DNA from: Scenedesmus sp. PABB004
Lineage: Eukaryota
Assembly: GCA_014905635.1 (NCBI GenBank)
Contig: CM026547.1
Location: 1,178,001-1,242,000 of the forward strand
Direction of reading: 5' to 3'
DNA: 64,000 nucleotides
The position numbers were made by a program, and so were the translations under genes. The notes beneath the pieces were generated by a model. The model was not told the DNA's origin. It was given only the letters and a program-made list of their open reading frames with translations, and did not search any database. Position 1 is the first letter of the stretch. Each line of letters opens with the position of its first letter. Below, piece after piece: positions 46,722 to 58,411 of the stretch.

Positions 46722-48194
46722 ATGCTCCTACGCCGCGCGGGCGCCGCGCGCGGCCCGCCGCCGAGCGGCGCGGCGCCGCCGGGCGGGAAGGGCTTCGGCA
46801 GCCCCGCCAAGCCCAGCAGCGGCAAGGGTGCTGGCAAGCAGCCTGGCCAACAGGTTGGGCCGCGCCGGCGCGCGCCGCCGCCGCCGCCCGCCGCCGCCCG
46901 CGCCCCACCTCACCTCGCCCGCCCGCCGCGGGCTGCGCAGCCCGACGCGGCCGCGGCCGCCGCGGCCGCGGCCGCCGCCAAGGCGCCGCGCGTGCGCCCG
47001 GTGGACCGGCGCGAGGCGGCGCGCGGCAAGGTCGATTACGTCCAGGTGCGCCGGCGCGCGCGAGGGCCAGCGCCGCCGCCCCCGCCCGATGCGCCGCGGC
47101 ACCGACCGACCGCCGCCCCGCCCCCGCGGCCCGCAGGTCAAGGACTGGGTGGGCGGCAACGCGGCCGACCTGGGGGAGCTGCAGGTCGTGCCGGACAGCT
47201 ACGCGCCGGCGGTGTACGCGGCGGGTGGCGGCGCCGCCGCCGGCGCGCCAGCGCGGGCGCAGCAGCCCGGCGGCGACGACGCGGGGCCCTTTTACCAGCA
47301 GCTCGCGCGCCACGCGCAGTACCTGGAGGTGCGGCGCGGCGGCGCCTGCGCGGCGGCCCGCTCGCGCGCCCCGTCGTTCACCCGCACGCGCGCCGCCGCC
47401 GCCGCCTCCGCCGCCGCCGCGCGCAGTCGCAGGGCGCGCTGAGCCTCGCGCACGAGCCCGGCGCGCCGCCGTACCGGCCGTTTGAGGCGTGGCGGTACGA
47501 GCTGCCGGCCTATTGCAGCTACCTGGCCGGCCTCGCGGCGGCGCACGGCGCGCTGGAGGCGGCGCTGACGCGCGCGCTCGGCCCCGGCGCCGGCGACGCG
47601 GCGCGGCCGGGCACGCGCGCGGCGCTCGCGGCGCTCGCGTGCTTCGCCGAGCCGTGCGGCCTCTGGCGCGGCGCGGCGGCGGCGGCCGACCTCGCGGCGC
47701 TGTGCCAGCTCGCCGACGCGCAGCAGCAGGCGGCGGCGCGGCAGGCGAGCCAGGACGTGGCCGCGTACGCGAGCTACCTGGAGCAGCTGGGCCGCGCCGC
47801 GGCGGCGGCGCGGCAGCCGGGCGGCGGCGGGCGGCTCGCGGCCGAGGCGGAGGCCGAGGGTGCGTCCGCGGCGCTGCGCCTGGTCGCGCACGCGTACGCG
47901 CTGCACGTGCAGCAGCAGGCGCTCGGCACACGCATCGGCGCCGCCGCCAGCGACGCGCTCGGGCTGCTGGAGCGCGGCGGGCGCGGACGCGGCGGTCGCG
48001 GCGGCGTGCCGCCCGGGTGCGCGCTGTACCTGAGCTACCCCGCCCACGTGGGCGAGCCGGTGCAGCAGCTCGTGCGCGCGACGGACGGCGCGGGCGCCGC
48101 GCTCGACGCCGCCGGGCGGCAGGCGGTGCTGGACGAGCTGCCGCGCGCGCTGCGCAAGGCGACGCTGGTCCTGGCGCCGCTCGCGGCGGCCTGA
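46722..48194 (+). CDS. Heme oxygenase-fold protein, plastid-type, divergent (possibly inactive)
   Basis: GKGFG transit-like N-terminus; W..ELPAYCSYL...HGALE, GLWR..AAAADL, AYASYLEQL, LVAHAYALHVQQQALGTRIG, RQAVLDELPRAL parallel the helices of plant HO1. Confidence 0.7.
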   Translation: MLLRRAGAARGPPPSGAAPPGGKGFGSPAKPSSGKGAGKQPGQQVGPRRRAPPPPPAAARAPPHLARPPRAAQPDAAAAAAAAAAAKAPRVRPVDRREAARGKVDYVQVRRRARGPAPPPPPDAPRHRPTAAPPPRPAGQGLGGRQRGRPGGAAGRAGQLRAGGVRGGWRRRRRRASAGAAARRRRRGALLPAARAPRAVPGGAARRRLRGGPLARPVVHPHARRRRRLRRRRAQSQGALSLAHEPGAPPYRPFEAWRYELPAYCSYLAGLAAAHGALEAALTRALGPGAGDAARPGTRAALAALACFAEPCGLWRGAAAAADLAALCQLADAQQQAAARQASQDVAAYASYLEQLGRAAAAARQPGGGGRLAAEAEAEGASAALRLVAHAYALHVQQQALGTRIGAAASDALGLLERGGRGRGGRGGVPPGCALYLSYPAHVGEPVQQLVRATDGAGAALDAAGRQAVLDELPRALRKATLVLAPLAAA

Positions 48195-48415
48195 GGCGGG
48201 GCGCACGGGGGGCTGCGGCGGGCGCCCCGCCTGGGGCGCCAACACCAGCCCGGGCGCGGCGCAGGTCGGCAGGCCACGCAGCGTAACACGGCGCCGCCCG
48301 CTCGTCGCTCGCCCGCCACCAAACGCACGTGCACCGCCGCCACACCGACGCCCAAGCGGGCGCGATACCGCACCGCCACCGCCCCGGCCCTTCTCAGGGC
48401 CGGGCCGTCCGCCCC

Positions 48416-48476
48416 GCTGCTGCTGCTGCAGCAGCTGCTGCTGCTGCTGCTGCTGCTGCTATTGGCTGCTGCTGCT
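48416..48476. repeat. (CTG/CAG)n microsatellite between two convergent gene ends
   Basis: Interrupted GCT run. Confidence 0.85.
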
Positions 48477-48495
48477 TTTGGCTGCTCGCGAGCGC

Positions 48496-48728
48496 TCAGC
48501 TCAGAATCAACACGGCGCAAGGGCTGAACTCAGCCAGCTGGTTGGCGTCGACGGCCTTGGTGTGAACCGCCTCGCTCGACAGCAGCACGAGGTCTGCGGC
48601 GAGCTCGTCTGCCACGTCGCCGACGAGCACCGCGCCGCCGGCCTCCATCGCCTTCTCCAGGATGTCGGCGCCCTCGCACCCCGCGTCGTGCAGCGACCTG
48701 CGCCCGCGCCGGCGCGGCGGCGGCGGCG

Positions 48729-48769
<41 letters not shown>

Positions 48770-49503
48770 CGTGGGCGGCGGGGCCCGGCGCTGCTGCGGG
48801 GCGGCGGCCGGCGACCGCGCGGGCGCGCGCCGCGCGCAGGCTGGCCTCAGCCGCTCACTTGTTGATGACCTGCAGCTTGACCGCGGGGTCGGGCGGGCTG
48901 CCGCCCTCGGCGCCGGGCTGGTCCACCACCAGCACCGTCACCTTGCTCTTGTGGATGCGCGCGAGGTCGGCGGCCGCGCCGATGGCCTGCGCGGCGCGGC
49001 GGCGGCCGGCGCGGTCGGCGCGGTCGGCGCGGCGGCGCAGCGCGATCGCCGCCGCGGGCTGCTGCTCCGCTCCCCTGCCCCGCCCCGCGCGCCTGGCGGC
49101 TGCCGTCGCTGAGGTAGGGGTTGGGGTCGAAGAGCGCGAGGACGATGCGGTCGTAGGCCAGGCGCTCCAGGCTGCCCTGCTCCGCGCGCACCGCGACCGA
49201 CCGGCGGCGGCGGGGGGCTGCGACGCGGGCGGCGCGCGCTCGGCCTCGTCAGCGGCCGCGGCCGCGGCCGCGCGCGCGCCGGCGCGGCCGCCGCCATCGC
49301 GCAGATCGCGGCCACGACCTCCCCGGGCGCGGGGGCCGGGCACCCGGAAGCAGCGGGCCGCGGGCCGGGCTCTGGAAGGCGCCGCCGCGGAGCGCCGCTG
49401 CTGCGCGCCGCCCCGCACCCGCTGGCGTCCGGCGCGGCGCAGCGCCGCGCGTGGAGGCAAACGCGTGGGCGGCGGAGCGCGAGCGGCAGGTGGCGCGCTG
49501 CAT
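48496..49503 (-). CDS. Universal-stress-protein-like (adenine nucleotide alpha-hydrolase fold) plastid protein
   Basis: IVLALFDPNPYLSDGSRQ|AIGAAADLA...KVTVLVVD; VGDVADELAADLVLLSSEAVHTKAVDANQLAEFSPCAVLIL; transit-like N-terminus. Confidence 0.82.
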
Positions 49504-50236
49504 TGCGTGTCGTCTGCTGCCGGTCGATGCTGCTGCTGCTGCCCTGCTGCTGCCGCGAGCGTGGGTTGCCTCCCGGGAGCGAGATAGCACTCAGAACCGG
49601 GTCCGGGGGAGTGGAGACGGGCCTTTTTGGAGGCACGACGATCGGGGTCGCTGCAGCAGCTTGTTTTTTTGCCCGTACGCCGCGGTTCTCCTTCTCACGA
49701 CGAGCCCGGCATCGCGAACCACTCGACACAGCCGCTGCGCGCGCACACGCGCACAGCACGCCTCGGCCCGCCTGCCCGAGCGGTCGGCAGCTGCTGGACC
49801 ACCACGACGCGAGGCCGGCGTGCAGTGCGAGCGTTCACTTCGCCCCCGCGCGTGCGGGGCCGAGCTGGCGGTGCGCCCCCGCGCGCCGTTGTCAGCAGGC
49901 TCGCGCGGCCGTGCCAGCGCGCCAGGCGGCCGCCCCAGGCCCGCTCCGCCGCCCCACGCCGTGCACGCGCCCGCCCTCGGCGCGGGCCCGGCCCGGCGGG
50001 CGAGCGCTTGCGGGCGCCCCGCGCGGCCCGCGCAGCGCGGCGCGCCGCTGCTGCCGCCCACGCCGCGCCACGCGTGCACCGCAGGGCGCCCCCGCGCGGG
50101 TGGGCAGCCGCGGCAGCGGCATGCCGCTGACCGGGGCGTAGCGGCCGGCGGGCGGCGGCAGGCGTGAGGCCGCCGGCGGCGCGGCGCCGGCAGCAGCAGC
50201 GGCTGCGGCAGCGGCCGGGCGGCGCGGCGCGCAGCC

Positions 50237-53200
50237 ATGGACTTTGACGTGCAGGAGCTCGACAAGCTCGCCAAGGCCAAGCCCTCGGCCTTCAGGCCCA
50301 CCGCGCGCGCACGGCCCAGCCGGCCCGCGCCGGGCGCGGCGGCGGCGCCGGCGCCGGCGCCCGCGCCGCCCGCAGCGCCCAGCAGGGCACCGGCGGCGGC
50401 GCCCGCCGGGCGGCCGCGGGGGCGACCGGCGGCCGCCAAGCCCGCGCCGGCGGCGGCAGGAGCTGCCGCACCGGCGCCCGCAGCGGGCAGGGCGGCGCCG
50501 GCGGGCGCCGCAGCGGCGGCGCGCCCCGCGGCGCAGCGCCAGCCCGCGGCGGCGCCTGCTGCGCCTGATGGCGCGCCCGACGGCGGCGCGGCCGCCGCGG
50601 AGGCGGCGCCCGCGCTGGTGCCCGCGCTGGACGTGTCGGGGCTCGTGGCGGCGCCGCGGCGCAGCAGGTTTGCGCCGGCCGCGCCGGCGCGCGGCAGGCC
50701 GCCCGCGGCAGCGGCGGGCGCTGCCGAGCGCCCCGTGGCAGCGGGGGCGCGCCAGGCGGCGCAGCAGCCGAGCGCGACGGCGGCGCAGGCGCTGCCGGCG
50801 ACGCAGCTGCCTGGCACGCCGCGCAGCGCCGAGCGCGCGCCCGCCGCGGCGGCGGCGAGCCAGCCGGCGCTGACGCAGACGCAGGCCAGCCAGGAGGGCG
50901 CGGCCGCGTCGCAGCAGGAGCAGCCGCAGCAGCGGCGGAAGCGGCAGCTCGCAGAGCCGGCGCAGCCGCAGCAGGCGCCGTCGCAGCAGGCACAGCGGCA
51001 GGCGCAGCAGCAGGCGCCGCCGGTGGCGCCTGCGGCGGAGCCAGCAGCGGCGGCAGAGGCGGCGGCGGCGGCGGCGCCGCGGGGCGAGGCGCCGCGGGCG
51101 CCCCGGCTGTCGCGCAAGGAGCGCCTGGCGGGGCGGGGCATCGTGACGGCCTCCGACTCGGAGCGCGACGTGCGCGGCACGCGGCCCCGCGCGCCGCGCG
51201 GCAGGCAGGCGTCCGCCGCGGCGGAGCGGGGCCGCAGGGGCGGCCTGGCGCGCGCGGCCGCGGCGGCGTCCAGCAGCGACGAGGAGGAGACGGAGGCCGC
51301 CGAGGACGGCAGCGCGCGCAAGCGCCCGCGCCGCGCCGCCGCCATGCGCGGCCGCAGCCGCGTGGCGGCCGCCAGCCGCGCCATGGCGCGCGGCGAGTGG
51401 GAAAGCAGCGGCGACGAGTGGGCGGCCGCGGCGGCGGCGACGGCGGCGCCGGCGCCGCGGCGCCGCAGCGGCGCGGGCGCGGCAGCAGCGACGGCGGCGG
51501 CGGGGCGGCGACAGCGCGGCGCGGCGGTCGCCGCGACGGCCGGCAGCAGCAGCAGCAGCGAGGGCGACGACGCGCTGAGCGACGGCGGCGCGGGCGTGGC
51601 GGAGCTGGCGGCGGGCGGCCGCGGGCGCGGCCGCCCGCGCGGCGGCGCGGCGGCGGGCCGCAAGCGCGGCGCCGCGGCCGCCGCCGGCGGCGCGCCGCCC
51701 GAGAAGCGCGGCGCCGCTGCGCCGCCGTCGCCGCGCGCGTCTGCCGGCGGCGGCGGCGCGTCGCCGGGCGAGACGGACGGCGAGGCCGACGACGAGGCCG
51801 ACACCGACACCGACGAGCTGCTGAACAACCCGGCCGCGCTCGCCGAGCGCCAGCAGCGGCGCCTCACCAAGCGCGGCAAGGGGCGGCGCGTCGACATCAT
51901 CGACATGAACGCGCAGGCGCGCCGCGCCGCACCCGCCGCACCCGCCGCCGCCGCCGCCGCGCTTGTCCGCCCGCCTCGCGCGTGCCGGCGCCCACGCGCG
52001 CACGCGCGCGCGCGGCCGCGCCGCCGCGGCGCAGATCGACCTGCAGCACTGGACGCTCCGCAACATCAACAAGCGCGGGGAGCTGTGGGAGCGCCAGCAG
52101 GCCGAGGCCGCGCGCAAGGCCGCGGAGGCGGCGGCCGAGGCGGCGGAGGCCGCGGGCGAGGGCGACGACGGCGCGGGCGCGGACGCCGGCGCCGCCGCGG
52201 GCGGCGGGGGCGCGGGCAGCTCGGCAGCCGCCGCCGCGGCGGCGCCGGGCGCCGGCGGCGCCGCGCCGGCGGCGGCCCGCGGCGGCGGGCGCCGCGGCGG
52301 CGGCGGGCGCGGCGGCGGCGGCGGCGCAGCGATGGCGCCGCAGCTGCGCATCGCGGAGGACGGCACCGTCATCCTGGACGAGGCGAGCCTCACGGTGCAG
52401 GCGCAGGCGACCGAGCTCGCAAGCTTCCAGCGGGTCGACGAGCAGGTGCGCCGCGGCGGCGCGCCCCCGCCCCACGCAGCGCCCGCGGCCCGCTCGGCGC
52501 GGCCTTGCTGAGCGCGGCGTGGCGCGGCGCGGCACGCGGCGCGGCCCGCAGAGCCGCCTGCTGAACAGCATGAGCTACAGCACCAAGCGCAGCGCCGAGC
52601 GCTGGAGCAAGGCCGACACGGAGCTGTTCTACAAGGCGCTGACCATGTTTGGCACCGACTTCACCGCCATCGCCACGCTCTTCCCCGGCCGCGACAGGCG
52701 AGACCGCGGCGCGGCGGGCGCGGGCGCGCGGCAGGGGGTGGGCGGGCGCTGGGCAGGCCCTGGGCTGGCGGCGCGCGCGGGCGCGGCGCGCGGCGGCGGC
52801 ACCGCCGCCGCCCGACCGCGCCGCGCCTTTGACCGTGCCGCGCGCGCTCGTCGTCGCCGCTCGTCCAGGCGGCACCTGAAGACCAAGTTCAACCGCGAGA
52901 GCCGCGCCGACCAGGCGCGCGTGAGCAAGGCGATGGCGGCGAACGACCTGGACGAGCAGGAGATGGCAGACCTGACCGCCGCGGTGCAGCAGGCGCTCGC
53001 GGGCGAGCGCGACGGCGCGGCCGAGGCCGCCGAGGCCGCAGGCGAGGACGGCACGGCGACGTTCGAGACGTTCAGCGACGGCGGCGGCGGCGACCGCGAC
53101 GCCGGCGCTGCGCCGACAGACGCGCCGGCGGATGCGCCGGCAGACGCGGCGCCCGCGGCGCCTGCCGCGGGCAGCCCGACGCGGCGGCGCCGGCGCGGCG

Positions 53201-53307
53201 GCGGCGGCGGCGGGGCGGCGGAGCCCGGCGAGCGCCGGGGGACGCGCGGCGGGGGCGGCGATCCCGCCGCTGCAGCCGCGGCCGCAGCGGCGGGCGGGCG
53301 GGCGTAG
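50237..53307 (+). CDS. BDP1: TFIIIB B'' subunit (SANT/Myb domain)
   Basis: APQLRIAEDGTVILDEASLTV; LNSMSY...RWSKADTELFYKALTMFGTDFTAIATLFPGRDR|RHLKTKFNRESR; stop TAG 53305-53307. Confidence 0.92.
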
Positions 53308-53313
53308 CTGCTG

Positions 53314-53354
53314 CACTGACCATGGCCGCTGCTTCACTGACCATGGCCGCTGCT
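53314..53354. repeat. 21-bp tandem duplication just after the BDP1 stop codon
   Basis: CACTGACCATGGCCGCTGCT(T) x2. Confidence 0.9.
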
Positions 53355-53754
53355 GAACAAGCAGCGGCGGGCGCGACAGGGGTTGGCAATTGCTTGCAAG
53401 CGCGCGGCCGCGTCGCCGCCGGTGTCCGGTGCCCCGCCGCGCCCAACTCGCTCGCCGCCTGGCCGCCAGGGTTCCGCCAGGGGTCAGCCGGCCGCTAGCT
53501 CGGCGGCACATCAACTGCCGCGCGCGCGCGCCGCGGCTCCAGTGCGGGCGCCGGCGCGGCGCCCTGCTGCAATGACCAATCAATCAATCTGCCGCCCGCC
53601 CGCCGAACAGGCCCGCATCCTGCGCCCCGCTGCCGCCCGCTGCATCCTGCTGCGCCGCTGCCGCTGCCGCTGCCGCTGCTATGAACACGCGCGCCAGCGC
53701 GCCCGCCCTCCGCCCCACTGCCGGCCTGCCAACAACAAAACACACGGCACGCCC

Positions 53755-54339
53755 CTAGGAGCAGCTATAGAGGTGGCAGGAGAGCAGGAGCTGCTGCTTG
53801 TCCGTCATAAACTTGCTCCACAGGCTGCTGTCGGCGTAGACCTCGGGGCCAAAGAAGTCGTCCCACCCCCAGCACGTGCCCGCCTTGATGACCACGGGGC
53901 CCTCACTGCTCGTGGGGTCCTCCTCGTGCAGCAGGAAGTCCCACGTCGCGATGTCAAAGTCGACCTGGCGCGCGCGCGCGTGCGCAGCACGCAGCACGCA
54001 GCACGCAGCACGCAAAGTGCGGCGACGGCGGCGGCGTTGCTGCGGCGCGCGCGCGCGAGGGAGAGGGGGAGGGAGGGGGCGCGTGCCGTGCGTCGCCGGT
54101 CCCCGGCTCCGCGCGGCGCACCTGCACCATCGCCGACTCTGCGAGCGGGAGCGGCCCCTCGCCCTCGACCTCGATGCCCCAGCAGAGACCGACGTGGATG
54201 TTCATCTCGTGACCGCTGCCCGCGTCGGGCGGCTTGACCGTGAGCTTCAGCCGCCATGTGAAGCCGTTGTAAAAGTGGCCCGCTGCGGCGCGACCGCGAC
54301 CGGCCGCGTGCGCGCGGCGGGGCGGCGCGGCGCGTCGGC

Positions 54340-54370
<31 letters not shown>

Positions 54371-56170
54371 GCGCGCCCTCCAGCCCCGCGCCAAGGCCAC
54401 GACTCCCGCGCGGCCCCGCGCCAGCCCCAGCGCCCCACACACACACACACAGCCCAGCCCAGGCCCCCGCCCCGCACCCGTGAGGAGGTAGTATGCCTCC
54501 GCGCAGCCGCTGCCCCTGTACTTGGTGATCGCCTGCTGCAGGTCGGACGCCGCGATGTAGCTCGTGAACGCGCTGCCGCCCCGCGCCGCGCCGCCGGCCT
54601 CGGGCGCCGCGCCGACGCGCTGCGCAAAGCGCGCGTGCCCCGCCATCGCCTGGGCGCGGGCGGCGGCGCGGGCGCGGGCGGCGCGTGGCAGACGTGGGCG
54701 CGCCGCCGCGCGGCTGCGGGCCCCTTGTGCGCCTGCGCCCCCGCTGCCGCGCCGCCGCCGCCTCCGCCGTGCGGCCGCACCAGCATCTCCTCGCGCTGCG
54801 CCTCGAGCGCGCGGCCCCACTGCATCGCCTCGAGCAGCCAGCGCGGCAGCTCGGGCTGCGCGGCGAGGAGGCCGTGGTGCGCCGCGACGGCGGCGAGGAA
54901 GTTGCACGACATGTGCGCGTAGCGCATGTCGCACAGCAGCGCGCGCGCCGCCGCCTGCACGCCCGCGAGCGCGTGCGGCTCCGACGCGTGCTGCCTGCGC
55001 GGCGCGCGGCGCGGGCAGCGGGCAGCGGGCGTCAGCGGGGGTCGGCGGCGGGGGTCGGCGGCGCCGGCGTCGGCGGCGTCGGCGGCGGGGCGCCCCGCCC
55101 GCGCACGGGCCGCGCGGCGACGCGGCGCGGCGCGCGCACTTGAGCTGCGCCGCGAGCCAGCTGGCGGCGAGGACATAGACCACATTCTCGCTCGCCGCGG
55201 CCAGGCCCTTGCCGCGCAGCACGCGCTCGACCGCCTCGCCCGGCAGCGCGAGCCACTGCGCGCGCAGCGCGCGGTTCGTCCACGCCTCGTCGAGGTTGTT
55301 GAACGCCTCCCACACGCGCGCGTGCGCTTTCTGCGCGGACGCGGGCGGCCGCGCGCGGCGCGGCGCGGCGGCGGCGCGGCGGCGGTGAGCGGCTCGGGGC
55401 GCGCCTGCTGCGCGGGCGCGGGCGCGCCGCGCGCCGCGGGGGCCGCGCCGCGCACCTCTGCGAGCGCGGCAAAGGGCTCCGACTCGCGCAGCCCCGGCGG
55501 CAGGTGCAGCATGGCGAGCGCGGTGCTCCAGGCGATGGCGCCTGGCTCCAGCCCCAGCAGGTGCGCCTTGCACGCCTCCACGCAGCTGCGCAGCTGGTAC
55601 CTGTGTTACAGGTTGTGGGGCACCGCGGGCGGGGGCGGCCCGGCGCGCCGGCGCGGGGCGGCATGGGGCGCCGCACGCTGCGCGCCAGGGCCCCGCGCCG
55701 CGCGCCGCGCGCCGCACGCGAGGGCCCCCGCCGCGCCGCCGCGCCGCCGCGCCGCCGCGCCTGTCCGCGAGGACCATCGTCGCGAGGAGCTGGTCGGGGT
55801 CGGCGTCGCGCGGCACCGCGTGCGCGTACGCGGCACGCAGCATCGCCTCGGCCGGGCCCGCCTCCTCCTCGGGCACGGTCAGGTCAAACGTGCGGCCGCC
55901 GCCGCCCATCCAGTTGCGCAGCAGCGACTTGAAGTAGCCGCTCTGCCCCGCGAGCACGATGCCGTGGACGTGGAAGCGCGAGAACTCCTTGCCGCCGGGC
56001 GCGACGAGGCGCAGCGTGAAGTCGCTGAGGAAGGGGTCGTCAAAGTGGCCGGACAGGTCCGGCCCGCCCCCCGGGGCGGGCGGCTCCGTGATGGCTGCGC
56101 CGGCACCACCGCCACCAGGGGGCTGCTGCTTGCTCGGCGCGTCGTCCGCGCCGGCGCCGCCCGTCGTCAT
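53755..56170 (-). CDS. BTB/POZ-BACK domain protein (CUL3 adaptor, plant POB1/LRB-like)
   Basis: FLSDFTLRL...FHVHGIVLAGQSGYFKSLL, LADR|YQLRSCVEAC, WLALP...LAAASENVVY, MRYAHMS..FL, CWGWDDFFG. Confidence 0.87.
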
Positions 56171-56261
56171 CGGCGGCACGCCGCGCGCGCCAGCGGCGCC
56201 GCGCCCGGCCCGGCCCGGCGGCGGGCGCCCAGCCGCTGCTCGTGCGCCTGCGCCTGAGCCC

Positions 56262-56307
<46 letters not shown>

Positions 56308-56981
56308 GTGAGCAGGCCAACGCCCGCCAGCGCCGCGCCCGCTGCTGCCGCAGCCTGGCGCGGGAAAGCGGCGCCCCCATGGCGCTCGCGGGCGCGCGAT
56401 AGCCTGGTGGTAACTGTGCCGCGCCCAAGCCGCGCCCCGCGGGCGCTGCGCACGCCCCAGCGCGCTGGGCAGCTCGCCACTGCGCGCATGCCGCGGCCTA
56501 CCTGAGCGCGCAGGCGCCGCCTCGCCGCGGCGCGCTCACGGGCGTCCCAACAGACTTGTGGCGAGCAGTCCGCGCGTGCTGCGCCCGCGTTTGCGCTGTT
56601 CGCGCGCTCGAGAGCAGCAAGGAGTGTGCTCAAAGCAGCTGCACGCGGTCTCGGGAGGCCGGGGTAATGAAGTTAATGTCGTTCACGAAATGAGCGCGGC
56701 GGCGAGGCGGGTGGGTGAGCGACCAGGGCGCGGGGTCTGGGGCAGGTGGCGCGCCACCGCCACCGCCAACTGCCGGTCTTTTGCGCGCCGCCTCCCGCGC
56801 GACATCGGCCTCGATCCCCCGAGCTCTGAGCTCCAATCGCGCGCCGCGCCGATCTGCGGCGCCGAGCCCGGCGGCAGCGGCAGCGGCGGCGCTCGCGCCG
56901 GATCGATTAATGCCGCGCAGCAGGCCCTGCAGCCTCAGGCATAGCAGCGTCGTGATTGTCCGACAGCGGCGCGCCGCGGCG

Positions 56982-57086
56982 ATGCTGCTGCGCCACGGCG
57001 CGGCGCCGCCACCGCGCGCCGCCCTCTGCCGCTGCGCCCACGGCGCCCACCGCCGGCGCCGCACGCGCGCCAGCGCCGCCGCGACG

Positions 57087-57118
<32 letters not shown>

Positions 57119-58058
57119 GCTGCGCGCGCGGCAGGCCGAGCTCGCCGCAGACCTGGCCGCGCTGCTCGCCGGCCCGGGCAGCGACGACGACGCGACCGCC
57201 GCGGCGGCCGCGCAGATCGTGGAGGCGGGCGCGGCGGCGCTCCTGGCGTCGCCCGACTGGGCAGGCCTGCAGGCGGCGCTCGCGGCGGCGGCGCGGGAGG
57301 CCGGCGGCGGCCGCGCCGCGGCCGCCGCTGCCGCCGCAGCCGGCGGCGCTGGCGGCGGCAGCCCCTGGGGCTTTGCGCTGCGGCAGCCGGGGCAGCCGCG
57401 GCCGGCGCGGCCGCCGCTGGTGCAGCAGGCGCAGCAGGCGCAGCAGGCGCAGCTGCAGGAGCAGGCGTGGGACTGGGGCGCCGTGCGGCGCATGACGGTG
57501 CTCGGCCTCGGCTCCCTCGGCGCGGCGCGGCGCCCGGCGCGCCCGCCCGCGCCGCCGCCGCGGCTGGCCTTCCGGCTCGGGCAGCTCTCGCTCGCGACGG
57601 CGCTGCGCCGCGCGGTGCTGCGCGGCCTCGACGCGCCGCCGGGTGCGTTTGACCCCGACGCCGACGCGTGGGACGCCGCGCTGCTGCGCCGCCTGGGCTT
57701 TGAGCCGCTCGAGGCCGAGCCGAGCCACCGCGTCGCCGCGGCCGCGTCGCCGGCGCTGCTCTACTTGCCCTGCTGCCCGCGCGCGCTCGTCGGCACGGTC
57801 CTGGCGGCAAACGCGGACCAGCTGCACCGCCTCGCGGTGCTCGGCACGTCGCTGCGCAGCCTCGCGGAGACGGAGGGCCTGCTGGACGCGCTGCTGGATG
57901 GCGGCGCGGGGGACGGCGGCGGCGGCGGCGGCGGCGCCGCCGCCGCGCTGGCCGACGCGTGCCGCGGCGGGCGGCTCGTCGAGGTCGCGGCGCCCGACTG
58001 CGCGGCGCACGGCGTGGGCGTCGCGGTCCACCTCTGGCGCCGCGCTGCGGGGGCGTGA
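56982..58058 (+). CDS. SRR1-domain protein (sensitivity to red light reduced 1-like); intronless; start uncertain
   Basis: MTVLGLGSL, QLSLA, AFDP...DAALLRRLG, LLYLPCCPRAL...LAAN...LAVLGTS. Confidence 0.72.
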
Positions 58059-58098
58059 GCTGCTGCTGAGCTGCTGCTGAGCTGCTGCTGAGCTGCTG
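58056..58098 (+). repeat. 11-bp tandem repeat TGAGCTGCTGC x~4 starting at the stop codon
   Basis: TGA at 58056, 58067, 58078 and 58089. Confidence 0.9.
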
Positions 58099-58411
58099 GA
58101 GCTGCCAGCCGGCGGCGTGCAAAGTTAACGCCGGCCTGGCCCTGACGCAGCGCCGCGCCGCGCCATGTGGGGCGAGTGCGCCCGGGTCCGGGGAGCAGTG
58201 CCGCGCCGCGCCCGTGCGGCTGCGCAGCGGCCGGCGGCCCCAAAAGAAAACACGCGCGGCGCACGCACGCCGCGCATCATCGACAGTGCCGCCGCCACCC
58301 GCGCGCCTGGGCGGCATCGCTGCCGCCACTTGCCCCTCCCCCTCCCCCCGCCCCGCACACGCACACATGCCGCACTCGCTGTCTGCCCGTCTGCCCCTGC
58401 GTCCGCCCCCC

